A stretch of 62,928 nucleotides of DNA, the filler included, from Octopus bimaculoides (taxonomy: Eukaryota): assembly GCF_001194135.2 (NCBI RefSeq). It is 7 parts of 6 records of this genome, joined end to end, with 100 filler letters (N's around TTAATTAATTAA, not from the genome) between each part and the next. Parts side by side here need not be neighbours in the genome. Positions count along the whole stretch, not along the records: positions 1 to 21,376 come from NC_068999.1; positions 21,477 to 26,599 come from NC_068982.1; 5 more parts are not named here. One strand, given 5' to 3'. The notes under the pieces are model-generated. The model did no database searches. It was not told where the DNA came from and worked only from the letters and a program-made list of their open reading frames with translations. A program made the translations under genes and the position numbers. Below are positions 11,645-25,000 of the stretch, in pieces; within the stretch, counting starts at the first letter, position 1, and every line of letters starts with the position of its first letter.

Positions 11645-11835
11645 TCTAGTAGAATTGCTAGCACGCCGGAAGAAATGCTTAGCAGCATTCCGTCCGCCTT
11701 TACGCTGATTTCATATTCCACCGAGATAGATTTTGCTTTTCGAGATCGATAAAATAAGTAGCTGTTGATCACTGAGGTCCATATTGTACACTTCTCCGTT
11801 CCTCAAAATTACAGGCCTTACTGCTAATTTAGAAA
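11645..11835 (+). mobile_element. SINE family A, old copy
   Basis: agaattgctagcacgccggaagaaatgcttagc...aggcctt...aatttagaaac. Confidence 0.7.
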
Positions 11836-12424
11836 CAAAGCATTATTATTATTTTCAGTAATATTTCATTGGTATTTAATTGTTCAATAGCAGCAGACAT
11901 GCTCTCTGAATCCGAACAATATTTTAGATTTGGTTTTACTGCTTCAATAAAAATGAAACTAATATGTATGAGTACACTCCTTACTAATGCTATTTTAGAT
12001 ATTTTATGCCTTTGCGTAGGTACTGTGTTTTACACTGATAACTGTCTGCTTACGTTTTTTTTTTATTGATATTATTAAGGCGCATTTTATAATGTGTAAA
12101 GCTTTCGGCTTTCAATACAAAAATTATGTACATATATATCTTTCAAGGATTTTATATTTCCATATTTTCTTCACATCTGTTCGAGATATAAGTTATCATC
12201 ACGTGAAATACATACATGCCTTAGGTAATATTCTCTTCGACTCTTCCTAATCCTCTATTTCAATCAACATATCGGAGATTATAGTCTTACTTTGTTTTTC
12301 TATGAAACATTTTCTTGCTGTGTGTTTCTAGAATCAGTTTTCTGCGAGATTTTCATAATTTTGTCATAGCTAGCAGTGACAAAAATGCTATATGCCTTAT
12401 ATGTAGATGACTGTATAATATGTG

Positions 12425-12463
<39 letters not shown>

Positions 12464-12528
12464 TTGTGTGTGCGTGCGTGTGCGTATAAGTATATGTATA
12501 TGTGTATATATATAATATAAATAACACA

Positions 12529-12618
<90 letters not shown>

Positions 12619-14029
12619 CACGCATATATACATACATATATGTACATACTTACATCTATAAGTATACATATATACATACATATATGTACATGTGTTCGAA
12701 ATAAAAGACTAGAAAAACAGCCAACAACTGATGAAAGGACGTTCTTTGCGTTGTTTGTCTTGTTTTCCATTTGTGTCTTTCGTTGTTCGAAAAAATAGTT
12801 CATATTCCATGTACTCGTACTTCTATTTTATTTTTTGATAACAAAATCCCACCCCACCCCCGGATCATTTTGTCTAATATTTATCTCACTTTCAAAATGG
12901 TATAGCGTTGAATAATTTTTGCGAGTTTCTCTTTTTGCAACTAATTTGGAATATTATTATTTTCGATTTCTCAAACGGTTCTAGACTTCAAGCTCAAGTG
13001 TTGTTATTTATTCCTAGAATTGTTCCTTTTTCAAACATATTTCTTGTATTCAAGGCTGTTACACTGATGATCCATGTATTTTTTACTTCTAAATAACTTC
13101 CATGTCACTTGATTTTAGCGCAGCTGCATTCATTTTGTTTTTATAACTATAATAAAATCGTTTTCAGTAAGAGTCAAACTCTTTGTTTTTGCAACACAAA
13201 TATATTTTCGTTTTCGTAATGACAAACGACGTGCAACTTATCAAACACCTCTTTGTTAAAGCCTTCTTTGATTTTCTTTGGTTATATATTTCTGTAGTAT
13301 TTGTATAACACTTCATCTATATAATTTCATTGTTGACTTCATTAAGGTTAGAGGCATTTCCTCTTTTACGTTCAATCTTTCTCCGAATGTTTGTTTACCA
13401 CATTGTTTTCTAAGGTCTAAATATTCCCACGCGAGATGTTATGAAGCGGCAGCCATTTTCCTTTCCAAAAAATGGGACTGATGCAAAGATTATTTCCTAT
13501 ATTCTCATTCTATTGACGCTTGCAGCCGTTTCCCATTCGTCGGCGATGGCCCAATTTATATTCCTTTACTCTTGTAACGATTTTATGGTTAATATTTATA
13601 CTTTGGTCTGTTGTGGGTCTATAGGAAAACCTTATATTGATTTTCGTTGCTTAACTATTTCTATCAATGCCGTATTACACACAGATTTATAATGTTCTAC
13701 ACATTTAAAGCTTTCCCACATATAATTTTATCAAGGAATATCTGAGTGTTGAATAAAATGCGTTCCTGTATTAGTTCCAATTCTTTTACACTGTATTCAT
13801 ATTCTGTAGAGGTCACTGTTACCTTCAATATGGCGGGTTCGCTAAAAATATTGCAATCGACAGCTGTTGTCTGACGTAATTATTGGAGGATCGACATGTG
13901 CGTCCCGTCCCTTTGCGTTATGACAGCAACGCCTACGACATTACATACACCAATTTGTATCGAAGAGAAATGAGCCATTGATAAAATAAAAGTCAACCCA
14001 AAAGTATTCTTCTCAGTTGCTAAAAAGCA

Positions 14030-14930
14030 TATGGTTGCAGTCATATCTATTGGACCTCTCATTGATGAAAACAACAGACTGCAAAGTGACACAGAGGACA
14101 TGGTGCTCCGCTTTTAGCAATCCGGATATAATTAATCTGAACAGCATTGACGAATCAAACCCTTGGTACACGCTGTGTGATATATCATTTGGTGTCTCAG
14201 ATATCATGGCAACTAGAAGTAAAATTACAAAAAGGTCTTGGCAAATTCCCCACTAAAGTCCTGAAGGAATGCCGTCACCACCTCGCATTCCCCCTAGCCA
14301 TTCTCTGGAGGAAATCTCCAGATTCTGGCTATATGCCTGATGGATTCCTTTCTCAGTCGATCGTTCCAGTCTTCAAAAAGGGCAGCAAGTCCCAGGCATT
14401 GAATTACCAAACTTTCTCCCTTATTTCTCATCTCATCAAATTATTTGTTGTCTGCTATGGTCTCCTTACACGAGCCAGAATATTAAAAAGCTTGAAGCAC
14501 CCCAGAGATCAGTTACAAAAAAAAAAAAAATGATGGCATGTTTGGTCTTAATTACTGGGATCGACTCGCGAATCACAAACTGTATTCTCTCCAGCGCCAC
14601 CGAGAGTGCTATATTATTTGTATGATGTGAAAATTGTTCCGAGAGTATTGCCCAAATGATATCGGTTTCACTTTTAACATCCACCCAAGGTTTGGTCGCT
14701 GTGCTATGCGTCCTCTACAGAAATCGTGTTCTCTGCACATCCCAACACTAAGACAGAACTACTTCTCCTCAACTGGACCCTGCTCTTTTTAACATCATTC
14801 CAAAACATATAAAGGAGGAAAGTTCCTGGGTAATATCTCCAACAAATTCCAGACAAACCACCAACACCCGGATATATTGTTGCAAGCAACAACTCTTTAA
14901 TCGAATGGGCAATGGTGCCTAAAAATAACT
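14030..14930 (+). mobile_element. CR1-like LINE ORF2 remnant with the RT core deleted
   Basis: KVLKECRHHLAFPLAILWRKS...IVPVFKKGSKSQALNY..SLISHLIKLF joined to LWSPYTSQNIKKLEAP and GLNYWDRLANHKLYSLQRHRE...QQIPDKPPTPGY. Confidence 0.85.
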
Positions 14931-15255
14931 ATACAAAAATACATTACTAAATGTCTTTTACAGGTGGTGCTTTTAAGTTAGCTGTGTGTGACCGAAACCT
15001 ACCTAAGTATGTGTGTGTNNNNNNNNNNNNNNNNNNNNNNNNNNNNNNNNNNNNNNNNNNNNNNNNNNNNNNNNNNNNNNNNNNNNNNNNNNNNNNNNNN
15101 NNNNNNNNNNNNNNNNNNNNNNNNNNNNNNNNNNNNNNNNNNNNNNNNNNNNNNNNNNNNNNNNNNNNNNNNNNNNNNNNNNNNNNNNNNNNNNNNNNNN
15201 NNNNNNNNNNNNNNNNNNNNNNNNNNNTATATGTATGTGTGTGTATATATATATA

Positions 15256-15293
<38 letters not shown>

Positions 15294-15781
15294 CATACAT
15301 ACATGCATACATACACACATATATATGTATGCATATGTATGTATGTATGTATGTACACACACGCGCGCACACGCGCACAGACACATAAACACACACACAC
15401 ACACATATATGTCTACGTTGTGGTCAGTGGAACAATACTACCCTAACTTAATTGTAACGTGTTAATATTTCCCAGCCCAATCTCACCTTAGTTGACTAGA
15501 ATTTATGACACCTAATTCTTGCACAGCTACACTACTATTACTGCTCGAAGCCTACGCAGTTGCTTTTGAATCTTGTTTTCCATTACATTCGCATGTTACT
15601 TATTCAATCATCCAATTAGTTCTCATAGATACAGCGGAAGTGCTTTTGTTAAATTACTAACACAGACACACTCACACTCTTATACATTTAGACACATACA
15701 TATATACAAGTATATGTTGATATACATATATATACATCTATGCATACATATATACGTAAAGGTATTCACACACACACACAT

Positions 15782-15866
<85 letters not shown>

Positions 15867-18069
15867 CATATGTGCGTATATATATATATATATACACACA
15901 TATATATATATATTTATCTATACAAACATATACATAATACAAACAAATATACGCATATGTATGTGTGTGTCTGCGCATGCACACATAATCACTGACGGTC
16001 ACATACGCAGACACACATACACAGACAAACACACACAACGTGAATCATTACAAATGCATGGGAAGTATTCAACATGAAAGTTAATTATCAACGATATGTT
16101 TTTAAGTAGATTTTATAACATTCTCTTTTGCTCTTATCAAACTGCAGAATGTATAATGTCCTTGGTCTAAATACATTTATCAAATATACAAGCATAAATA
16201 TTGGATACAGAAGCAATTCCGAACACAAAAACACGAAACAAAGGCGAGGGAAAGAATTCAATTTGTTGGATCCATGAAATAAGTGAAAATGTTCGGTACA
16301 AATGGTCCGAAACACAAAACCGAAATATAGATGCTAGATGTGAATACATGGAAAAATCACTTCCCAGTAGGGAATCTTGCTTAACATACAAACAGAGATG
16401 ATGCTAGATTGACAGATAGAACATAAAAACCATTTATCTCACATTCTAAATGTGGACTGTAGAAGCTAGCGATGATTGCGAACGTTAGCTATAAATTATT
16501 ACTTGAATAGCAATAGCATCGTTTACACCTTCAAATATTTACCAGATAGCATTTAAAAAAGAAAGGAAAAAACTGCGGTAAAACTATATACGTTATATAT
16601 ATATCACAGCGTAATATCGGCGATAATATGAAATACACAGTGACATGACAACCTAATAACATCAAACTTTCCAAGTCCGCATCAAATCTCAGTATTAGAA
16701 ATCAACTCCATATTCACAACATATCGTGTGTGCGTGTTTGTGTATGTGTGTGTGTGTGTTTGTGTGTGTGTAAATGCAAATGTATATACGTACATATGCC
16801 CATATATAAGTATATATGCATGAGCACACACCTACATAAAAGCAGATATGTGTGTGCGTGTGTATGTATATGTGTATGTATGTATATGTCTATATATATA
16901 TATACATGTGTATATATGTATGTACATGTGTGTGTATATTAATCACGCTTCTATCTGTTATACTCTACAAACATTAACGTGATAAATCTCTTCGCTTTGC
17001 TGGCTTTTCAAACAATCTGTAAGTTAATATCAACCATTAAACACAGCACGTTCGCTATTAGGTCATATTTTCTTTTCTGTTGCGAAAGGATAATAATTTG
17101 ATATGAAAATGTAAAAGTTGGAGTTAGAATTTCGAAAGCAGATTTACATTGCAATGTGATAAGGCAACTGAACGAAGGAGAAAATAATATAAAAACGTCA
17201 ATAGGAATAGCAGTATCTTTTTAAAATATAACATTTCACATGCTTAAATGTAGATAAATTTTCTTATACAATGCTGTCCAAAAACTCAATTAAACAGACA
17301 GCGTCCCATATATCATCATGGTATGTATGAAGTCATAGGACACAGAGGTAGAATTGATATCCTTTGTGAATTATATCTTGATTTTTCTTCATCTAATCGT
17401 ACACACACAAACACACACATGCACACATACACACGCACACACACACGAACACACACACACATAAACACGCACACACACGCACATGATGCTTCTACAGCTT
17501 TGGTTTGGTGGAACGAATACTCAAGATCAATTCTATTTCGTTCAATATTTGCGATGATACAATAATACGAGGCTTTCACGGCTCTCTTACATTGTCTGTA
17601 CACACCAAAGTTACTGATATCGTGGTTTTTTTTCCACAATAATAGCTGACGATATAAAGGTCGGTCGCTTGATTGGTTGATTGGTGGTTTTCTCCTGTCA
17701 TTTCGCTAGTTTAAATCAAACATAAAGAGGGGAAGGAAGAGTAAAAATCAGATGAAGGAAGTGTTAACACAAAATGTCCAAGATAAGTGTACAATGAATT
17801 AAGAAAAACGAATCATGTACACCATCACGCGCCGTAACACATGCAGACGCAATTCATACAAACAGACACACACACACACACACACCGTGTGAGAGAAAGT
17901 ATTTCAGCAGAATAGGAGAAGGAAGTAAAGAAATTTGCTTTAATTTATTTCAGTGGAATAAAATATTTTTCTTTTGACAATTGGTTTTCTTTCATTCTTT
18001 GTATAAGCATCAAAAATTGTGAAAAAAGTTAAATTATCATTTTTGTTTGCATACCGTAATTCTTAATAT

Positions 18070-18258
18070 AGTAGAATCTTCGCACGCCGGGCAAAAATGC
18101 AGCATTTCGTTCGTGTTTGCTTTCTGAGATCAAATCCTGTAGATGTCTACTTTGCGTTTCATCCCCTCGGGGCCAGAATGATTGCCAGTTGAGCATTAGG
18201 GCCGATATAACCGACTAACCCCCTTCCCGGAAAATACTGGCCTTGCGCCAAAACTTCA
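18070..18258 (+). mobile_element. SINE family A, old copy
   Basis: gcacgccgggcaaaaatgc...tttcatcccctcggggcc...ggccttgcgccaaaa. Confidence 0.7.
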
Positions 18259-18459
18259 AGTGGATGTTACATATGGTATCCTATTGTAGTTAATATATGA
18301 TCAAATGTTGTTTATATATTGAGCATTCTTAATTTCTCAATCTATGGATATTTTGAAAGAATATCACTGCTAATATTACTGTATCCGTCTTGTCTCCAAA
18401 CTCTGCTGTACCGTTATTCCATTTCGTTTAATTATATTTGAGTCTCAAAGCCACGAAAC

Positions 18460-18590
18460 TGAATCCACCTTCCATCCATCTGGGGCCGATAAATTACAGC
18501 ACCAGCCTTGTTCACAATGTCGATTATATCAACTAAACTCCTTCCCTCCGAAATGCTTGTCACGTGGCTCAATTAAAAAGAAATATTTCC
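18460..18590 (+). mobile_element. SINE family A, 3' part
   Basis: ttccatccatctggggccgataaatt...gtcgattatatcaact. Confidence 0.55.
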
Positions 18591-18599
18591 CATTAGAGT

Positions 18600-18915
18600 G
18601 CGTATGTTTATGTGCGGTTAAGAAGCTTGCTTTGCAGCCACATTTTTGCGAGTTCAGTCCCACTGTGAGACAGCCTGAACCAGTGTCTTCTATTCTGGGG
18701 AAGGGGCCAGTCAATTAGATCGACTCTAGTACGCAATTTATCGACCCCGAAAGTCAACCTCGGTGGAATTTGAACTCAGATCGTAAAGACAGACGAAGTA
18801 GCGCTAAGCATTTCGCCCGGCGTGCTAACGTTTCTGCAAGCTCACCGCCTTAGAAACCTTTCAAGATATTGCTGCAGCATGGCCACAGTCCAGTGATCGA
18901 AAGAGGCAAAGGATA
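18600..18915 (+). mobile_element. SINE family B remnant (head 18600-18700, tail 18860-18915) interrupted by a family A copy
   Basis: Head ttaagaagcttgct...gagttcagtcccactg; tail gcagcatggccacagtcc. Confidence 0.6.
18705..18849 (-). mobile_element. SINE family A nested in a family B copy
   Basis: ggaatttgaactcaga...gcatttcgcccggcgtgctaacgtttctgcaagctcaccgcc. Confidence 0.85.
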
Positions 18916-19492
18916 AATGATAACAGATATGATTGTTTGTTGAAGAGTAGAACGAGTAAAATATCGCTAAATTTCGGAGTCTTCGAGACAGTATCATCCA
19001 CACAAGAACACACGAAATCATGGTAAACAGATTTTCGTATATCTTTTCTTTTTCTCGTATTCGTTTTTTCGTTTTTCATTTAATGTTGGCTTTTAACTTC
19101 CAAAAAAAAAAAAAAAAGAAAATGATAAATACGATACAATCACCAATATGTCACCAAGGAAAAATTATATCACAATAGTTCAAAGTTTATGATAAACCTG
19201 CAGAAATATAATATATATTATGGCTACCATTACTGAAATAATCAGAGACTATGTTTGTGCGTGAGTGTGCGTGCGTGCGTGCGTGCGTGTATATGTGTGT
19301 GTGTCTGTGTGTGTCTGTTGGTATATGTGTGTTTGTGTAGGCATACATACATTCCACACATGCACACACTCATATATAGGTGTATACATATACGAACCTG
19401 CCTATATCTCTTTTTCTTTCTATATTCATGTATATAAAAGTGCGTGTGTATAAATATGAATACTAGATATATTTGTATATATATTTTTTCTG

Positions 19493-19552
<60 letters not shown>

Positions 19553-19953
19553 AGTGTGTGTGAGAGAGTGTGTGTGTACGCATGTGGTATATGTAATATT
19601 CGATCCGCATGACATTATGAATAAAGAACATTCTTTATTTTAAATTCGAAAAAAAAAAGAACATGATGCAAAAATAGAACAAAAACAGTTTAATAAAATA
19701 TATGACAAAAATACCAGTGTTTTCAAGGTGCCACCCTAAACAATTTATCAATGTCAAAAAATAGTTTTCCAAGTACAAAGCTGCAAACAGAAAACTGTAA
19801 GAAAATATATGGCTTAAAAATGGTAAAAGAAAGAAAGGAAAAACAAGACATGTTTCAAGTAAAATGGAAGAAAAACAGATTTGTTGTACACACATCGAGT
19901 TTACACACTTTTAGACATCAGTATATATGTGTGCATGTATACCTACATAAATA

Positions 19954-20035
<82 letters not shown>

Positions 20036-21338
20036 CATAGATGCATTGTATAGATGGATACATACATACACACACATGCGTATATATATATANNNNNNNN
20101 NNNNNNNNNNNNNNNNNNNNNNNNNNNNNNNNNNNNNNNNNNNNNNNNNNNNNNNNNNNNNNNNNNNNNNNNNNNNNNNNNNNNNNNNNNNNNNNNNNNN
20201 NNNNNNNNNNNNNNNNNNNNNNNNNNNNNNNNNNNNNNNNNNNNNNNNNNNNNNNNNNNNNNNNNNNTATATATATATATATATATATATGCACATACGC
20301 ATATACATATGCTTATATATACATATATATATATATATATGTATGTATATGTGTCTGTGTGTATGTGTATGCATGAATTTATCGTAGCAAAACTTAGTAA
20401 CCATTTCTTCTCGAGGCGTATGTTTTGCTTTTCCATGTTTTTTATATTCATACCTGTATAAAAAATAATTATTCTACCATGCTTCTTTCAACAGCCATAT
20501 TTGTAATATTAAAACTACTGACATCCAGCCGCCATTTTTAATAAGAATATTATTTAATTGTTTTTCTCGTATTTTTGTTTTCCTCCTATACGAGAGCAAT
20601 TTTTATTTATATCAGAATACAACATAATAGTCGCTTCAATCGATCATTTTGCTTCCCTAAATTCAAAATTGTTCGTGGCTTTAGTAAGAAAAGATACAGT
20701 TACCAATATATTTTACGTCTGTAATGGCTTACATTTCAACACTGTTCAATATTTCTTGCTGCAACACATCTTAGAAGTAATTTACAACTTCATTTTAATT
20801 TTTTCCTTTAAAATTTCATGTTATGTGTGAAAATTCATTGCCTAGCAGCGTATACATAGTCACACAGAGAGACACATTGTCAGATATACACAATTATTTA
20901 CAAGCATGAATATATGCATATATGTGTGCGTATGTGTATGTGCGTCTGTGTGCCTGTGTGTATGTGTCTATGTGTCTATCTATCTATATATCTATACACA
21001 AATATATAGATACACACAAAATATACATATGTATAATGTGTCTGTGCGTGCGTCTGTTTGTGTGTGTGCGAGTGTGCGCGTGTGTGCATTCATTTACACA
21101 GATATGGCTGAATGTAAATAGCCGTCATTATACAAGTTTATCTGTGCGATACCAAGATCATTAAAAACTGCGTAAGGCAAGCCAACACAATACTAGATTA
21201 AGAATATAAATGGACCAAATAACATAATTTTCTTTCAAGAAATACTTAAGTAATAATGGGGTTCATTTACATTTCAGATGTCAGTATATACTTACATATA
21301 TACATATATACTTATACATACATACATACATACATACA

Positions 21339-21374
<36 letters not shown>

Positions 21375-21376
21375 TA

Positions 21377-21476
21377 NNNNNNNNNNNNNNNNNNNNNNNN
21401 NNNNNNNNNNNNNNNNNNNNTTAATTAATTAANNNNNNNNNNNNNNNNNNNNNNNNNNNNNNNNNNNNNNNNNNNN
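21377..21476. other. Artificial gap linker N44-TTAATTAATTAA-N44 (also 26600, 34856, 51420, 58101, 60808)
   Basis: Six identical 100-nt structures; the 12-mer places a stop codon in all six frames. Confidence 0.95.
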
Positions 21477-21615
21477 TGTGTGTGTGTGTGTGTGTGTAAT
21501 TAAATTAGGCAGCAGTTTAGCAATGTGTCACCAAAAAAAATTATAATTGTCTGTTAGACACCTACAGTGCTAGAAATAAGAGCTAAAGTGCTCTGATACT
21601 TATGCTCTCTCACTC

Positions 21616-21653
<38 letters not shown>

Positions 21654-21655
<2 letters not shown>

Positions 21656-21800
21656 TCAAAAAATGCCATAGGAATGAGAACCCAGGTTTGAAATTTCCCC
21701 TAAGGCACCTGATGAAAGCTGGAGGGTATATCAGCCAAAACGTTGTGCCAACAACAAACAAGATGAGGACAAATATCCATGGAACGTAAATAATGTAAGA
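21654..21800 (+). mobile_element. About 150-bp element following (TAA)n with a hammerhead-like core (Penelope-type)
   Basis: ggcac-CTGATGA-aa-gctg-gagggtatat-cagc-c-AAAAC-GTT-gtgcc. Confidence 0.6.
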
Positions 21801-22309
21801 ATAAAAGAATATAAATAGATCTATATATCAGTTCACTAACTGAATGACCTGTGAATTCTTGAAGGTCAGCCAAGGACAATGGCGAGTGTAACCAAACATG
21901 AAGAATAAATTAACAGTAGAAAGAAATTGAATGGCACTCCCTTTAATATGAACCTCAATAGACACCATCCCACTCCACTCATACATTTAAAGCCGTTTAT
22001 CAACAGACTTTCAACCACTATGTATTTTGATACACTGAGTGGCTACTACTACCTTGTAAGCCATGACAGACAAAAGGATGCACTTAATGCTAAGAATATG
22101 AGTTCATGGAAGCAATATTTATATATCACCTGAGGAAACACAACTAGATCTCGTAATGCAGGGAAATAGTCACATAATCAAATACCTGCGAGCCTGGAGA
22201 ACTACATTGCATAAAAACAATTGTAGTGATTACAAATAAATCTTCCTCTATACTTCTTGTTGACTCCAACTTATTCAATTATATATATATATATATAAAA
22301 TAATATAAT

Positions 22310-22410
22310 AATAATAATAAAAAGTGAAAACAAAAGAATGAAACCTCGATATGTGATAAATAGAGGATTGTTTAATGACAACTTACTGTTTGTTCTAAAT
22401 TATAGCATAC

Positions 22411-22459
<49 letters not shown>

Positions 22460-22580
22460 CGTGTGTGTGTGTGTATTTAGATAAAGAAAATAATAATAAA
22501 AAGTGACAACAAAAGAATGAGACCTCGATATTAGATAAATAGAGGATTATTTAATGACAACTCACTGTTTGTTCTAAATC
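22310..22580 (+). repeat. Two diverged copies of a 90-bp unit separated by (TG)n
   Basis: aaaagtg..aacaaaagaatga.acctcgata...ataaatagaggatt.tttaatgacaact.actgtttgttctaaat at 22310-22400 and 22490-22580. Confidence 0.9.
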
Positions 22581-23436
22581 ANNNNNNNNNNNNNNNNNNN
22601 NNNNNNNNNNNNNNNNNNNNNNNNNNNNNNNNNNNNNNNNNNNNNNNNNNNNNNNNNNNNNNNNNNNNNNNNNNNNNNNNNNNNNNNNNNNNNNNNNNNN
22701 NNNNNNNNNNNNNNNNNNNNNNNNNNNNNNNNNNNNNNNNNNNNNNNNNNNNNNNNNNNNNNNNNNNNNNNNNNNNNNNNNNNNNNNNNNNNNNNNNNNN
22801 NNNNNNNNNNNNNNNNNNNNNNNNNNNNNNNNNNNNNNNNNNNNNNNNNNNNNNNNNNNNNNNNNNNNNNNNNNNNNNNNNNNNNNNNNNNNNNNNNNNN
22901 NNNNNNNNNNNNNNNNNNNNNNNNNNNNNNNNNNNNNNNNNNNNNNNNNNNNNNNNNNNNNNNNNNNNNNNNNNNNNNNNNNNNNNNNNNNNNNNNNNNN
23001 NNNNNNNNNNNNNNNNNNNNNNNNNNNNNNNNNNNNNNNNNNNNNNNNNNNNNNNNNNNNNNNNNNNNNNNNNNNNNNNNNNNNNNNNNNNNNNNNNNNN
23101 NNNNNNNNNNNNNNNNNNNNNNNNNNNNNNNNNNNNNNNNNNNNNNNNNNNNNNNNNNNNNNNNNNNNNNNNNNNNNNNNNNNNNNNNNNNNNNNNNNNN
23201 NNNNNNNNNNNNNNNNNNNNNNNNNNNNNNNNNNNNNNNNNNNNNNNNNNNNNNNNNNNNNNNNNNNNNNNNNNNNNNNNNNNNNNNNNNNNNNNNNNNN
23301 NNNNNNNNNNNNNNNNNNNNNNNNNNNNNNNNNNNNNNNNNNNNNNNNNNNNNNNNNNNNNNNNNNNNNNNNNNNNNNNNNNNNNNNNNNNNNNNNNNNN
23401 NNNNNNNNNNNNNNNNNNNNNNNNNNNNNNNNNNNG

Positions 23437-23811
23437 TGTAACAATACCAACAACTACAAATACATAGAAAGTGGTTCCCACATAAAATTCAAGAACGGAT
23501 CTATTTTTAAAATAAATGCAGATATGAACTGCAAAACACAAAATCTCATATACTGCATCACCTGTCCAAACTGTAAAGAAAATTACATTGGCGAAACGAA
23601 TAACTCACTCTGCCAACGTGCAAGAATTCACAGGCAACATATCCGACAAGAAGAACTAAGAATGATTCCATTGAGTAAACATCTGGAAATATGCGGAGAC
23701 GGAAAGTTCAAAATCTTTCCCTTTTATAAATGTACACGGGACGATCCACAATACCGAAAGGCAATGGAACTACTCTTCATAAAAAAATTTTCCCCGAAGT
23801 TAAATGTTTGA
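23437..23811 (+). mobile_element. Penelope-like element, C-terminal GIY-YIG endonuclease; ORF open from the gap edge to the stop
   Basis: CNNTNNYKYIESGSHIKFKNGSIFKINADMNCKTQNLIYCITCPNCKENYIGETNNSLCQRARIHRQHI...PLSKH...RKAMELLFIKKFSPKLNV*: LIY..C..C...YIGET, R..H, E and LN motifs. Confidence 0.9.
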
Positions 23812-24732
23812 AAGAGAAAAAAGAAAAACAAAGAATGCATTTTGTATGTATATATATGTATATATGTGTGATATGATATATATAGTCATTTTTACTAATT
23901 GATTTTACTAATTTGATTTTTCAAATTTACAAATATTATACTAATATACTCTCATGCAGAACTACACCTTACCAAAAATAAATAAATAAACGAATGTATG
24001 ACAGAAATATATTCTAAATAGGACTCAAAGTGTGTATATATAAAAAGAAAGGACAAAGAATATAAAAGGAAAGAACTAAAAACAAAGAAAAAAAAGGAAG
24101 ACATTTTTTGTTTTATTTATATATTCTATTTATTATTCTCTATTTTTTCTTCTCTCTTCTTTCTTTTCTTCCTTCTTTTACCATCCCTAGAAACCCTCTC
24201 AAAAGAATAGAGTAAGTAGTAAACAAGTTTTTACCCTTTTTTTTTTGACACTCCTTAAAAAGACCATTTCAATACAATGGCTCTTCTCTCTCTCTTTTAC
24301 CACATCCATCTCTCTATCTGTCTGACTATCAGTCTATGTATCTATCTTTCTATCTGCCTGTCTATCTATCTATCTGCTTATACATCTTCCATTGTCTCCA
24401 AAGCCTCACCCCAAAAAAACAAAAAAACAAAACAATGTTCTGTTATAAACAAAACCCCAAAAACATCTGTTTTATATAAATAAGCAAGATCTCTGTATTT
24501 TCACAGAATTATATTTGACAAGTTCGAAAGAGGAACGAAAAAGCTATTATATGTATAAAATAAATGAAAGAAGTTATTCCAAAATTCTGACAACTTTTTT
24601 TTCAATATTTAATTCTGTACATCACACCTAACACTCTTCACACACACACACACACACACNNNNNNNNNNNNNNNNNNNNNNNNNNNNNNNNNNNNNNNNN
24701 NNNNNNNNNNNNNNNNNNNATATATATAAGGA

Positions 24733-24861
24733 AACTAGAAAAGCACTTGGAGAGCACAGACCTCTAACAAGCAGCTCATTTCCACCCATATACACGCATG
24801 CTGAAAATTACCCAATTTCCCAAACCAACGCCAGCAAAACCATAACCTCCTTGGTGGGGTT
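24733..24861 (+). mobile_element. Helentron-associated non-autonomous element (HINE/DINE-1/Pearl-like), short deleted copy
   Basis: 5' aactagaaaagcacttggagagcacagacctc; 3' aaccaacgcc...cataacctccttggtggggtt. Confidence 0.65.
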
Positions 24862-25000
24862 AAAAAAAATAACACGCCCATATGATTAAAAAAAAAAAAC
24901 TTAAAAACTGGAATCATCTGAAGCAAGCTCACAGCGATGGTGGAGGAGGCAAAGCTTTTTTAGTCGATCCTAATAGTCAAGGCTTGTCATGTCATCCTCT

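Noticed and set aside
12900-13760. AT-rich stretch with coding-like minus-strand fragments (WEYLDLRKQCGK…)
   Set aside because: Many stops and no family motif recognised.
17576-17650. Minus-strand AG/GT-bounded frame YYCGKKTTISVTLVCTDN, faintly Ig- or cadherin-like
   Set aside because: Too short, with no supporting neighbouring exon on that strand.
21421-21432. TTAATTAATTAA repeated six times across the window, each in the middle of a gap
   Set aside because: Always N44-12mer-N44; an artificial six-frame-stop scaffold linker, not biology.
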